Source: an uncultured Thermoplasmata archaeon
GTDB taxonomy: Archaea > Thermoplasmatota > Thermoplasmata > Halarchaeoplasmatales > Halarchaeoplasmataceae
DNA length: 43,331 nucleotides
Direction of reading: 5' to 3'
NCBI GenBank assembly: GCA_964454575.1
Contig: CAYVTG010000003.1
Location: forward strand, 1-43,331
Made by a program: the position numbers and the translations under genes. The number at the start of each line of letters is the position of its first letter. Positions within the stretch are counted from its first letter, which is position 1. Below are positions 29,752 through 37,308 of the stretch, piece after piece. Below the pieces are notes generated by a model. That model was not told where the DNA came from. It worked only from the letters and a program-made list of their open reading frames with translations, and did no database searches.

Positions 29752-30537
29752 TTGGCATGGAGCACTAAAACAACAAAAGACGAAGGTAAAGAGCAAGCAA
29801 AGAAAGAAGTTAAACGACCTGTAAAGAGCACGGTTTCTATAGATAGGGTACCTACGGAAGTAGTCGGCCTTGATGAAAAGATGGAAGGCGGCGTTCCCAG
29901 TGGTTTCATAGTACTTATAGCTGGTAACAGTGGTTCTATGAAGACATCCGTGGCTTTTAGCATACTTTATAACGCTTACAAGAAGCACAACAAAAAAGGC
30001 ATGTACATCTCGCTGGAACAGAGCAAGGGCAGCATCATCACCCATGTGGAGCGGTTGGGAATGCCATTGAAAGGTATGGCGAACCCGGTGATCATCGACC
30101 TGTCCAAAGTGAGAAAAGATACAGGTAAAGCAGGTAAAGAAGAGAAGATCGATTGGCTGGGCTCAACGCTGAAAGTCATCAAAAAGTACAAGGAAGCCTT
30201 CGGATGCGAAATACTCGCTTTCGACTCTCTAGCCGCATTATATGCCGTAAACGAATTCGACAACCCAAGGAAGGATCTTTTCTATTTCTTTGAAGGCCTC
30301 AGAGATATAGGTCTCACTACATTCTTGATATCGGAGATACCTAAAGGCCAGGACGTTTATGGAATATATGGTGTGGAGGATTTCCTTTCGGACGGAATAC
30401 TCCATTTGAAGGCAGAGGAGATGGATACTGGAACTAATATCTACCTTAAAGTTGTAAAGATGAGACAGACCCATCACAAGAGAGGCTTCATGCCTTTGAT
30501 CTTCGATGACGGCAAGTTTGAAGTATTGAAAAGGTGA
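29752..30537 (+). CDS. KaiC-like RecA-superfamily ATPase with non-canonical Walker A
   Basis: The KaiC pattern RVPTEVVGLDEKMEGGVPSGFIVLIAGNSGSMKTS has GNSGSMKT in place of GxxGxGKT. ISLEQ replaces the usual EE, Walker B is EILAFDSL, and the C-terminal block is VKMRQTHHKRGFMPLIFDDGKFEV. TTG is the only in-frame start that keeps the conserved N-terminal block. Confidence 0.8.
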   Translation: MAWSTKTTKDEGKEQAKKEVKRPVKSTVSIDRVPTEVVGLDEKMEGGVPSGFIVLIAGNSGSMKTSVAFSILYNAYKKHNKKGMYISLEQSKGSIITHVERLGMPLKGMANPVIIDLSKVRKDTGKAGKEEKIDWLGSTLKVIKKYKEAFGCEILAFDSLAALYAVNEFDNPRKDLFYFFEGLRDIGLTTFLISEIPKGQDVYGIYGVEDFLSDGILHLKAEEMDTGTNIYLKVVKMRQTHHKRGFMPLIFDDGKFEVLKR

Positions 30538-30538
30538 T
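30533..30538 (+). promoter_or_regulatory. GGTGAT Shine-Dalgarno embedding the upstream TGA stop (coupling KaiC-like -> HhH gene)
   Basis: AAGGTGATATTATG. The stop at 30535-30537 lies inside the SD and the ATG is at 30542. Confidence 0.55.
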
Positions 30539-30541
30539 ATT

Positions 30542-31705
30542 ATGGAAATAGTAAACGAACTCAAAGCTATCCATGGAATCGGCGAAAAAAGGGCGGAACG
30601 ATTAGTCGATTCCGGTATAAAAAATATGAACGACCTAGCCAAGAAGTCAAAAGAAGAACTTGCGGATCTGGGTCTTAACGAACGTGTTATAAGGAATGTT
30701 TTGGAATATTTCGAAGACTTCAATGTGGTTGAGGTACAAAGTGATAATACAAAACACGAGGAATACGAATCGCAGATACTCGAGTGGGCGGCCGAAGGCT
30801 ACTATGTTGTTCCCGTCGAAGAAGAACTGAACGACGCTGGGGACCCCAAAAAGGTGATGGATAAATTCGGTAATGCAGTAAAATTATCCCGGGATATGCG
30901 AAACAAGATCATAGACATGAATGTAGCAGAACATCTTGACGAAGCTGAAAATCTCCTGGATATGACATTCGATCTTGGCAAGATGGATCAATGGAAAGAT
31001 AGTTTTGAAGATTTGGTCAAGAAGATAGATGCTCGCGACTTGAGGTATGAATTGGAGGATATGAAGATACCTCAATTACAGGACCGCATAGATGCTGTTG
31101 TATCACAACTAAAGGAAGAAATGGATGCCGAATCCGTAAGAGATGAAGTTGAAGATATAAAACGGTCTTATCAGGAAAACTTTTTTGTTGAAGAGTTCAT
31201 CAAAGATTCGGATGAAAAGGAATATCGAGAATCTGTTCAAGTACACCACAAGGAAACTAAGATACCTTCTAAAGCCATGCCTATAGATGATATATTCCTC
31301 TTCCACGGACCTAAAGGCATACTCTTGATAAAATGGTACAAGCACAAACTGTCTCCCGAAAGAGGGGTAAAGGGCGCTAGAAATATAGTGAGTGATATAC
31401 GCAACTACATAAGAACGGCAAAAAAATTCAAACCTAACATGCTGTTGAAGATGAAGGCTGCGGACGGTACGAATATAATCTTGACCCGAGGAAAGACACT
31501 TGTACTTGCAGCAACGGTTTCCGGAGGGATGTCCGATTACGGTCGAAAAGCACTCGTTAATTCAGTAAATTTGATCGAAGGGGTAGACGGGCCGATCTTA
31601 AAAGATTGGAACCGTAAGAAAGGAGAACCAGAGTACTTAGAAAAAGTGATGAAAGCACTGCTCCTTCTATCGTTAAGGAACAGAGATAAAGGGGGCAAAA
31701 GATAA
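30542..31705 (+). CDS. helix-hairpin-helix protein with an acidic helical middle and a C-terminal Roadblock/LC7-like domain (uncharacterised)
   Basis: N-terminal HhH LKAIHGIGEKRAERLVDSGIKNMNDLAKKSKEELADLG. The C-terminal alpha/beta block (aa 247-375) is paralogous to part of the 37309..38805 product. The ATG lies 3 nt after a GGTGAT that contains the upstream TGA stop. Confidence 0.7.
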   Translation: MEIVNELKAIHGIGEKRAERLVDSGIKNMNDLAKKSKEELADLGLNERVIRNVLEYFEDFNVVEVQSDNTKHEEYESQILEWAAEGYYVVPVEEELNDAGDPKKVMDKFGNAVKLSRDMRNKIIDMNVAEHLDEAENLLDMTFDLGKMDQWKDSFEDLVKKIDARDLRYELEDMKIPQLQDRIDAVVSQLKEEMDAESVRDEVEDIKRSYQENFFVEEFIKDSDEKEYRESVQVHHKETKIPSKAMPIDDIFLFHGPKGILLIKWYKHKLSPERGVKGARNIVSDIRNYIRTAKKFKPNMLLKMKAADGTNIILTRGKTLVLAATVSGGMSDYGRKALVNSVNLIEGVDGPILKDWNRKKGEPEYLEKVMKALLLLSLRNRDKGGKR

Positions 31706-31851
31706 ATCCCGCCATCGGAAAAAACATAGGAAAAATACTCGATTCCCTAGCAAGCAAGAAAAGAAGGCAGATATACGTATGCGACCTTCCATCCGGTAAA
31801 CGTACCGAACTTTTAACCACCGGAGGTCAGGGTAAATACATCCGATACAAA

Positions 31852-34263
31852 TTGCCTACCTCCGATGATATCGGCGATATCGCACTCATACCTACTATAC
31901 TATCTGCACTTTCACATTCTACCGATGGTAAGATCAAGATATCTAAGAGAGACCATAGGATAAAAGTTAAGCGAAAAAAGATATCGACCCACACACTTAT
32001 CATCCTTGATGTAAGCAGCTCGATGATGGAAGGCAGCAAGTTGATGGTCGCAAAAAAATGCCTTGATGAAATCTTTTTAGATACCTATCAAAAACGTGAT
32101 AGGATCGCTGTTATCACTGCCGGGGGTGAGCAGGCCGACTACCTTTTACCCTTCACATCTAATATCGAGAAGGGCAGAGAATTGATAGATTCTATCGGGT
32201 TCGGCGGCACTACACCGCTTTCTTCCGGTCTACGAAGTGGAATTCGGGTCCTTGAAGATATAATGAGAAAAGAACCCTGGATGGTACCTATAATGGTAAT
32301 AATTACCGATGGAGGTGCAAATGTTCCATTATCTATGGGAGGTAGTATCCAAGATGAATTCTCCCGCCTATCGTCTGAAATGGACTATGTGAACATAAGG
32401 CCATTAGTTATCAATGTGGGTGACGATTCGGCTCTCTGCGAAGAGATGGTATGGAAGACCGATGGTAGATATCTATCTTTAACTGTTGAGGACGAATACA
32501 TCTCTTCGGATCTTGAGCTTGAAAAAGAAGTGGAAGATATACTGCACGGGATATTACTTTCTTTTGTTGGTAGTAACACCACTTGTTTGTCCTATGACGG
32601 TTATAGCATGGAAGCCTTAAGTAAAGTAAAAGAGATATTGGAAGATCATCCTATCAAGATAGAGGTAAATGAAGACTGTCACTACGGATGTTCACCACAT
32701 GATGACCCTTCTGATCTTTGTCGAGAGTGTCTGTTGAAAGTCAACGAGGATATGAACACTATATCAAGGGCGGCAGGCATCGGTTATGTCTCAGAACACC
32801 AAAACGAAAAAGATCTTCGAGGAGAGCTATTTGTGAGATACCTCGTTCAACCGGGTACATTGATGAAAGCTCACAACGGTATTCTTTTCGTGGAAGACGA
32901 AGCCGCTTATGATAAATTTTCAGATCTAATCGAAACAGGGATAAATAAGGGTGAATGTAATGCATCCAACGCCGAATACACAGAATCATATCCCTTCAGA
33001 CCACATGGTGTGATCGTGCGGCGAGATCAAGATTATATCGACTTGGACGACAAGTTCCATGTTCGGTACAAAGATGTAGTAGAAGAAAAACTGTGGATGG
33101 TCAACGCGGAAAGAGATTCAAAAACCGACCATACTAAATTCATGGAAGAATTAGGATCGAGTCGTTTGGAGAAGATAGATATCATAAACGGTCTGATAGC
33201 CGGTGATATATACGTAAATGTCCCGGATTACATCAACGATCTACTTCGGAATGCCGTTGACCCCGATCAGATCAATAATATAATCGGCCTGGCCAAAGCT
33301 TCTGCCGCGCTCAAGGGTAAAGATAAGGCAAATCTGGAGGACCTTGCAGATGCGCTGAAACAAACAGATATCTCCATGGCCATCGATGAAAGCAATTCCC
33401 ATCAATATCTTTTTAGTAAACTCGCATTCTCTCTGGCCGCCAAAGATGAAATCAAACTTTCACTCGTTGACGGATATACATATGATGAATTTAGCGATGC
33501 GATAGATATCATTTCTGAATTACCTATCACCATCGAAACATTACCGGAGTGCTCGAATAACTGCCACCCAAAGAGTGATGATCTGTGTCCGGAATGCAGG
33601 ATAAGATGGGATGATAAAGATCCGGAAACAGTCGAAATACCTTTACCGCTGGTTCGTATAAAGGGAAATGAATCCCTTCAACAACTCAGAGGTGAATTAT
33701 TCGTTAAATATGTATTGACCTCGGACACACTTTTGAAAGCTAACAGAGGCTTACTAGTCATCGAATCCATAAAAGATATGGATACGGATACTATTGCATT
33801 TTTAAAAGAATTATTGACCACGGGGAAATTCACAGTAAGGAACGAAGAACATTCCCAATCTTTCCATGTTGACCTCTCTGTGATCGCACTTAAAGACAGC
33901 AACAGATACAACGATCTGATCGATCATTCTATAGGACATGTGATCACAAAAGAAGATTACGAAGATATTCTACCACCGATATTCGGCGGGGATAGAGGTG
34001 ACCAATTTATAGAAAGAACACTGGAGCGTATCGAAGAAACACGAAGTAACGAAACAGAACTATCTGACGAATTACTTGACTATATCATCAGAGTCTGTAT
34101 GGAATTGGGGATAAACAGATATGATGCTGAGATAAAGATAGAGCGATTGGCAAAAGCAATGTCGGTATGGAATGGAAGTGAAGTTACCAACGAAGTGATA
34201 AATAAAAGCATCAGCACACTTGCACCTTTGATGGGGGAAGGTATGCGAGATAATATAAGGTGA
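31852..34263 (+). CDS. vWA (MIDAS) domain protein fused to two tandem P-loop-less ChlI/BchI-like AAA+ modules; true start uncertain
   Basis: ChlD-like pre-vWA linker and vWA with MIDAS LIILDVSSSM...GGTTPL...VIITDGGAN. Two modules then align by eye to ChlI: LLKANRGLLVIESIKDMDTDTIAFLKELL / LMKAHNGILFVEDEAAYDKF versus [29 protein letters not shown]. Each module has a CxxxC..CxxC cluster and a lid helix, and neither has a GxxGxGK[ST]. Confidence 0.8.
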   Translation: MPTSDDIGDIALIPTILSALSHSTDGKIKISKRDHRIKVKRKKISTHTLIILDVSSSMMEGSKLMVAKKCLDEIFLDTYQKRDRIAVITAGGEQADYLLPFTSNIEKGRELIDSIGFGGTTPLSSGLRSGIRVLEDIMRKEPWMVPIMVIITDGGANVPLSMGGSIQDEFSRLSSEMDYVNIRPLVINVGDDSALCEEMVWKTDGRYLSLTVEDEYISSDLELEKEVEDILHGILLSFVGSNTTCLSYDGYSMEALSKVKEILEDHPIKIEVNEDCHYGCSPHDDPSDLCRECLLKVNEDMNTISRAAGIGYVSEHQNEKDLRGELFVRYLVQPGTLMKAHNGILFVEDEAAYDKFSDLIETGINKGECNASNAEYTESYPFRPHGVIVRRDQDYIDLDDKFHVRYKDVVEEKLWMVNAERDSKTDHTKFMEELGSSRLEKIDIINGLIAGDIYVNVPDYINDLLRNAVDPDQINNIIGLAKASAALKGKDKANLEDLADALKQTDISMAIDESNSHQYLFSKLAFSLAAKDEIKLSLVDGYTYDEFSDAIDIISELPITIETLPECSNNCHPKSDDLCPECRIRWDDKDPETVEIPLPLVRIKGNESLQQLRGELFVKYVLTSDTLLKANRGLLVIESIKDMDTDTIAFLKELLTTGKFTVRNEEHSQSFHVDLSVIALKDSNRYNDLIDHSIGHVITKEDYEDILPPIFGGDRGDQFIERTLERIEETRSNETELSDELLDYIIRVCMELGINRYDAEIKIERLAKAMSVWNGSEVTNEVINKSISTLAPLMGEGMRDNIR
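31987..32496 (+). other. von Willebrand factor A domain with DxSxS MIDAS motif
   Basis: DVSSS at aa 53-57 (nt 32008-32022, checked in the DNA), T of GGTTPL, and D of ITDGGAN. Confidence 0.8.
32524..33381 (+). repeat. ChlI-like pseudo-AAA+ module 1
   Basis: aa 225-510. The Walker A position reads LLSFVGSNTTCLSYDG. Cys cluster CHYGCSPHDDPSDLCREC (nt 32677-32730). Lid-like INDLLRNAVDPDQINNIIGLAKASAALKGKDKANLEDL. Confidence 0.65.
33394..34260 (+). repeat. ChlI-like pseudo-AAA+ module 2
   Basis: aa 515-803. The Walker A position reads IKLSLVDGYTYDEF. Cys cluster CSNNCHPKSDDLCPEC (nt 33550-33597). Lid-like LLDYIIRVCMELGINRYDAEIKIERLAKAMSVWNGSEVT. Confidence 0.65.
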
Positions 34264-34264
34264 T
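34259..34264 (+). promoter_or_regulatory. GGTGAT Shine-Dalgarno embedding the upstream TGA stop (coupling vWA gene -> short ChlI-like gene)
   Basis: AAGGTGATCTTACCATG. The stop at 34261-34263 lies inside the SD and the ATG is at 34271. Confidence 0.6.
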
Positions 34265-34270
34265 CTTACC

Positions 34271-35068
34271 ATGGAAAAAAGAACCGGAAATTTTCCATTC
34301 ACAGCCGTTGTTGGCCAAGATCCATTGAAGAGATTTCTATCTATGTGCGCTATATCTTCTGATCTCGGCGTTGTGATGATCCAAGGACCTAGTCACACCA
34401 TGAAATTACGGCTTGTTAACGCCATGTGTCATATAGCAGATGGTATATCGGATAAAGATACAGATACCTTTTTCATAGCCAATTCTTACGGATCTTATGA
34501 TGTTGAAAAGATCATAAACGATACTAAGGTTGAGTACGTAGTCATCCCATCATTTGAACGCTACGCAAAATCCAAAAAAGAAGATATATTGGATTCCTGG
34601 GGAAGTAAAAAAGAACGCGACAATTTATTGATTTTGCTCGAAAACAACGACTCCTCAGATAGTTACAAAAATATCGATTTTTATTTACGCGTCAAACCGA
34701 TAGATGATATCGAACGGCGTATAGAGATGGTGAAGCGAGAGAGAGATTATCTATCTAACAGAGAAGCTTTTACACAAAGATTCGATGATGTGGAATCTGA
34801 ATTCATAAACCGGATCGGTAAAGCCAGGAAGATACTTCCTGAGATCAACATAGCAGAGACTTTAAAAATAGAATTACGCGAGAAATTGAGTGGCATATTT
34901 TCAGCGAAAGATAGTCAAAGACCTTATGATCTTGTTTTAAAGTATGCACGAGCCGAAGCGGCGTTCAACAACAGACGATGGGTTTCACAAAACGATATCG
35001 AATCCGCATTTAGCTATCTCAACTATCAAACCGTCCAAAAAGTTCCTTCTCCTTACGTATCAAACTGA
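34271..35068 (+). CDS. short ChlI/BchI-like protein with a degenerate P-loop (pseudo-AAA+)
   Basis: N-terminus FPFTAVVGQDPLKRFLSMCAISSDLGVVMIQGPSHTMKLR parallels ChlI fPFtAIVGQeemK..LLl..idp.iGGVli.GdrGTGKST, but GPSHTMKLR replaces GxxGTGKST. The C-terminal lid block DDIERRIEMVKRERDY...KARKILPEINI...RPYDLVLKYARAEAAFNNRRWVSQNDIESA matches the ChlI lid. The ATG lies 6 nt after GGTGAT. Confidence 0.7.
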   Translation: MEKRTGNFPFTAVVGQDPLKRFLSMCAISSDLGVVMIQGPSHTMKLRLVNAMCHIADGISDKDTDTFFIANSYGSYDVEKIINDTKVEYVVIPSFERYAKSKKEDILDSWGSKKERDNLLILLENNDSSDSYKNIDFYLRVKPIDDIERRIEMVKRERDYLSNREAFTQRFDDVESEFINRIGKARKILPEINIAETLKIELREKLSGIFSAKDSQRPYDLVLKYARAEAAFNNRRWVSQNDIESAFSYLNYQTVQKVPSPYVSN

Positions 35069-36035
35069 TCTCAACTTTGTCCAATTCATCCTTTCTTGCC
35101 ATCATGGATGATATCATCTCTTGCAGATATTTTCTCTTTTCTTCTAATTCTTCTATCTTTTCATCGTACTTGGCTTCCGTCCTCTTCAAGTCCATCTCTC
35201 TTTTCGACAATTCTTCGCTTCTTATATCGATGGTTTTCTGGATCTCTTCTAGTTTTGCTTCTCTCTGTTTGATCTCCCGACGTAGATCTAGTTTTCTATT
35301 CTCTAGTTTCTGTATTTCTTCGTTCAATTCCTCTTCCTTAAACTCAAGTTCCGTTTCCCTCATATCTGCATCGGCAAGACGCTCTTCGAGATTTGTCTCT
35401 AATTCTTTTAGTTCGTTCTCCTTATCTAAGAGTTCATCACGTCTTCTTTCAAGGTTTTCTCTTAATTCGTTTAGTCCCTCTTCTCGACTCTCGACACCTT
35501 TCTGTTTTTCTTCGAAGATACGCTTTTCATGCTGTAATTTTTCTTCACCGGAGATGATATCCTGGACTCTCTTGTTCAACATCTCGTCTCTCTTAGCCAT
35601 CTCTTCCTTCATTATGTCGAGTCGTTCCCTCAACTTGAGGGCTTTTTCCATCTCCTCTTCTCCTTCGCTCTGAATAGTTAAAGCCTTCAATTCCATCTCT
35701 TCCGCTTCCACCTTTCTTTCGTCGAGTTCTTCTTTGTAAGATCTCAATTTAGACTTAACGCTCTCAATTTCGTTTTCTTTTTCTTCGATCTTCTCTTCCC
35801 TCTGGTTCAATCTGGATGAAAGTTCATCTATATGAGATCGTTCTTCGGATATCTCTTTTTCCCACTCTTTGAGTTCCGATTCTTTTTGTTGAAGTTCTTT
35901 TTCTTTGTTTTCAAGAGTGGTCTTTCTGCTTTGTAGTATATTTGTAAGGTCAGAAACACTACCCACTCTACGTTTAACACGACGGACTATACCTTGTTTT
36001 TCTTCATCATCACTTTCCTTTTCTTCCTTTTCCAT
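35019..36035 (-). CDS. E/K/R-rich long coiled-coil protein
   Basis: About 300 aa of continuous heptad-like charged sequence (KEKELQQKESELKEWEKEISEE...LEEKRKYLQEM). The complementary-strand Ser-rich ORF is its shadow. I prefer ATG 36035 over the TTG at 36044. The 3' end overlaps the convergent upstream gene by 50 nt. Confidence 0.6.
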   Translation of the reverse strand: MEKEEKESDDEEKQGIVRRVKRRVGSVSDLTNILQSRKTTLENKEKELQQKESELKEWEKEISEERSHIDELSSRLNQREEKIEEKENEIESVKSKLRSYKEELDERKVEAEEMELKALTIQSEGEEEMEKALKLRERLDIMKEEMAKRDEMLNKRVQDIISGEEKLQHEKRIFEEKQKGVESREEGLNELRENLERRRDELLDKENELKELETNLEERLADADMRETELEFKEEELNEEIQKLENRKLDLRREIKQREAKLEEIQKTIDIRSEELSKREMDLKRTEAKYDEKIEELEEKRKYLQEMISSMMARKDELDKVEISLIRKEKELFGRFDS

Positions 36036-36111
36036 CTTGATCAAGGATTCTCATCAAAACATAAATACTTTCTGTCTTAAACACCCGTTATTTTTATTTA
36101 CATCCATTGGC

Positions 36112-37305
36112 ATGAAGGTTCATAAAAACAAATGGGGAATCTACTTGAAAACCGGACTAAACTACCTGCTGTACGAGGAACGACCTGATAAAAGCTTCGT
36201 GTTACTTGAAGAACTGATCAAAGAACACCCAGTACTGTGTATAACTACAATTTACCCAGAAAAGCTTAGAAAGATGTATGATCTGGAAGCCGCAGCCATA
36301 GTATGGTTAACAGATTCAGAGGGTGGTGACGACACAGTCCGTCCCGAAAGGTTGGACTTCGAGCTGTCCAAAGGTGTGATGAACTTTGTAACCGACAATC
36401 CGGGATGTGTAGTGTTGATAGAGGGCTGCGAGTATCTCATGCTGGAGAACGATTTTAAGAACGTCAAGAAATTCTTTAAACGTATAAACGATCTAGGCTC
36501 CGTGAACGGATCTACGATCATGGTATCCGTTAGTCCAGACGCCTTCGATAGAGAGACCGTTGCCGCCTTTTCAAAGGATTTTGATAAAGCATGCAAACCG
36601 GAAGAGCTTTCGGAGAAAATACCTGAAACAGCCCCCGCTAAAACGGAAAAAGAATCACCTAAACCTCAACCTACCCCTCCGCAACCAGCAAAACAGCCGG
36701 AAGTTGCCAGCCAACCACCCACAGAAGAACCATCGGAATCTACCACTGATCTTTTAGCCAAGGCAGATAGGTATATGAAGAAGCGAGATTACAACCAAGC
36801 GGTTTCTTTTTACGATAAATTACTCAGATCCGAACCTCATAACACAAGAGCATTGTTCAACAAAGCTGTTTGCCTCCAGATGTCAAACCGTTTACAGGAG
36901 GCAGTCAAGGTTTACGACCAATTACTAGAGATAAATCCACGTGATATAGATTGTCTTATCAATAAAGGTCTGGCACTGAGAAAGATGGGAGATATGCAGG
37001 GGGCTGTGGAAACCTATCGAAAGGCGGGAGAGATCAACCCAGGCGACTCTACCGTTTGGAATAACCTTGGTATAGCACTAAAAAGCATGGGTAAGTGGGA
37101 AGAAGCCATAGATGTATATGACAAAGGACTTTCTGCAAGACCGAACGATGCCGGGTTGTGGAGTAACAAAGGTGTTGCCCTTAAAGAAGCAGGCAGGCTG
37201 CAGGAAGCCTTGGATTGTTATAATAAAGCACTCGCCATCGACCCATCTAGAACGATGACTAAACAAAATAAATCTCTACTGGAAGAAGAGATGAAACGAA
37301 ATTAA
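36112..37305 (+). CDS. DUF835 (inactivated KaiC/RecA-like) domain - P/Q/E-rich linker - TPR repeat protein
   Basis: DUF835 signature LNYLLYEERPDKSF...HPVLCITTIYPEKLRKMY......IVWLTD.......VRPERLDFELSKGVMNFV...GCVVLIEGCEYLMLENDFKNVKKFFKRINDL....GSTIMVSVSPDAF. Then KPQPTPPQPAKQPEVASQPP and five TPR units (A..FYDKLL..EP.N..ALFNKA...). Start set at ATG 36112 because the upstream part of the tracked ORF overlaps the divergent gene. Confidence 0.8.
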   Translation: MKVHKNKWGIYLKTGLNYLLYEERPDKSFVLLEELIKEHPVLCITTIYPEKLRKMYDLEAAAIVWLTDSEGGDDTVRPERLDFELSKGVMNFVTDNPGCVVLIEGCEYLMLENDFKNVKKFFKRINDLGSVNGSTIMVSVSPDAFDRETVAAFSKDFDKACKPEELSEKIPETAPAKTEKESPKPQPTPPQPAKQPEVASQPPTEEPSESTTDLLAKADRYMKKRDYNQAVSFYDKLLRSEPHNTRALFNKAVCLQMSNRLQEAVKVYDQLLEINPRDIDCLINKGLALRKMGDMQGAVETYRKAGEINPGDSTVWNNLGIALKSMGKWEEAIDVYDKGLSARPNDAGLWSNKGVALKEAGRLQEALDCYNKALAIDPSRTMTKQNKSLLEEEMKRN

Positions 37306-37308
37306 AGC

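Noticed and set aside
30238-30723. 161-aa minus-strand ORF spanning the KaiC-like/HhH gene junction.
   Set aside because: It is antisense to two well-supported, translationally coupled genes, and its translation has no recognisable features.
31822-31827. Perfect GGAGGT upstream of the vWA gene as its ribosome-binding site.
   Set aside because: It lies 24 nt before TTG 31852, with no start codon at a suitable distance. It encodes the Gly-Gly of the ChlD-like linker in the open frame.
35077-35673. 198-aa Ser/Leu/Phe-rich plus-strand ORF.
   Set aside because: It is the exact antisense of the GAA/AAG-rich coiled-coil gene. Poly-Ser translation is the expected mirror of E/K codons, and there is no start context.
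35905-36111. Upstream extension of the DUF835-TPR ORF.
   Set aside because: It overlaps the 5' end of the divergent coiled-coil gene and runs through the AT-rich promoter spacer. The DUF835 homology starts right after ATG 36112.
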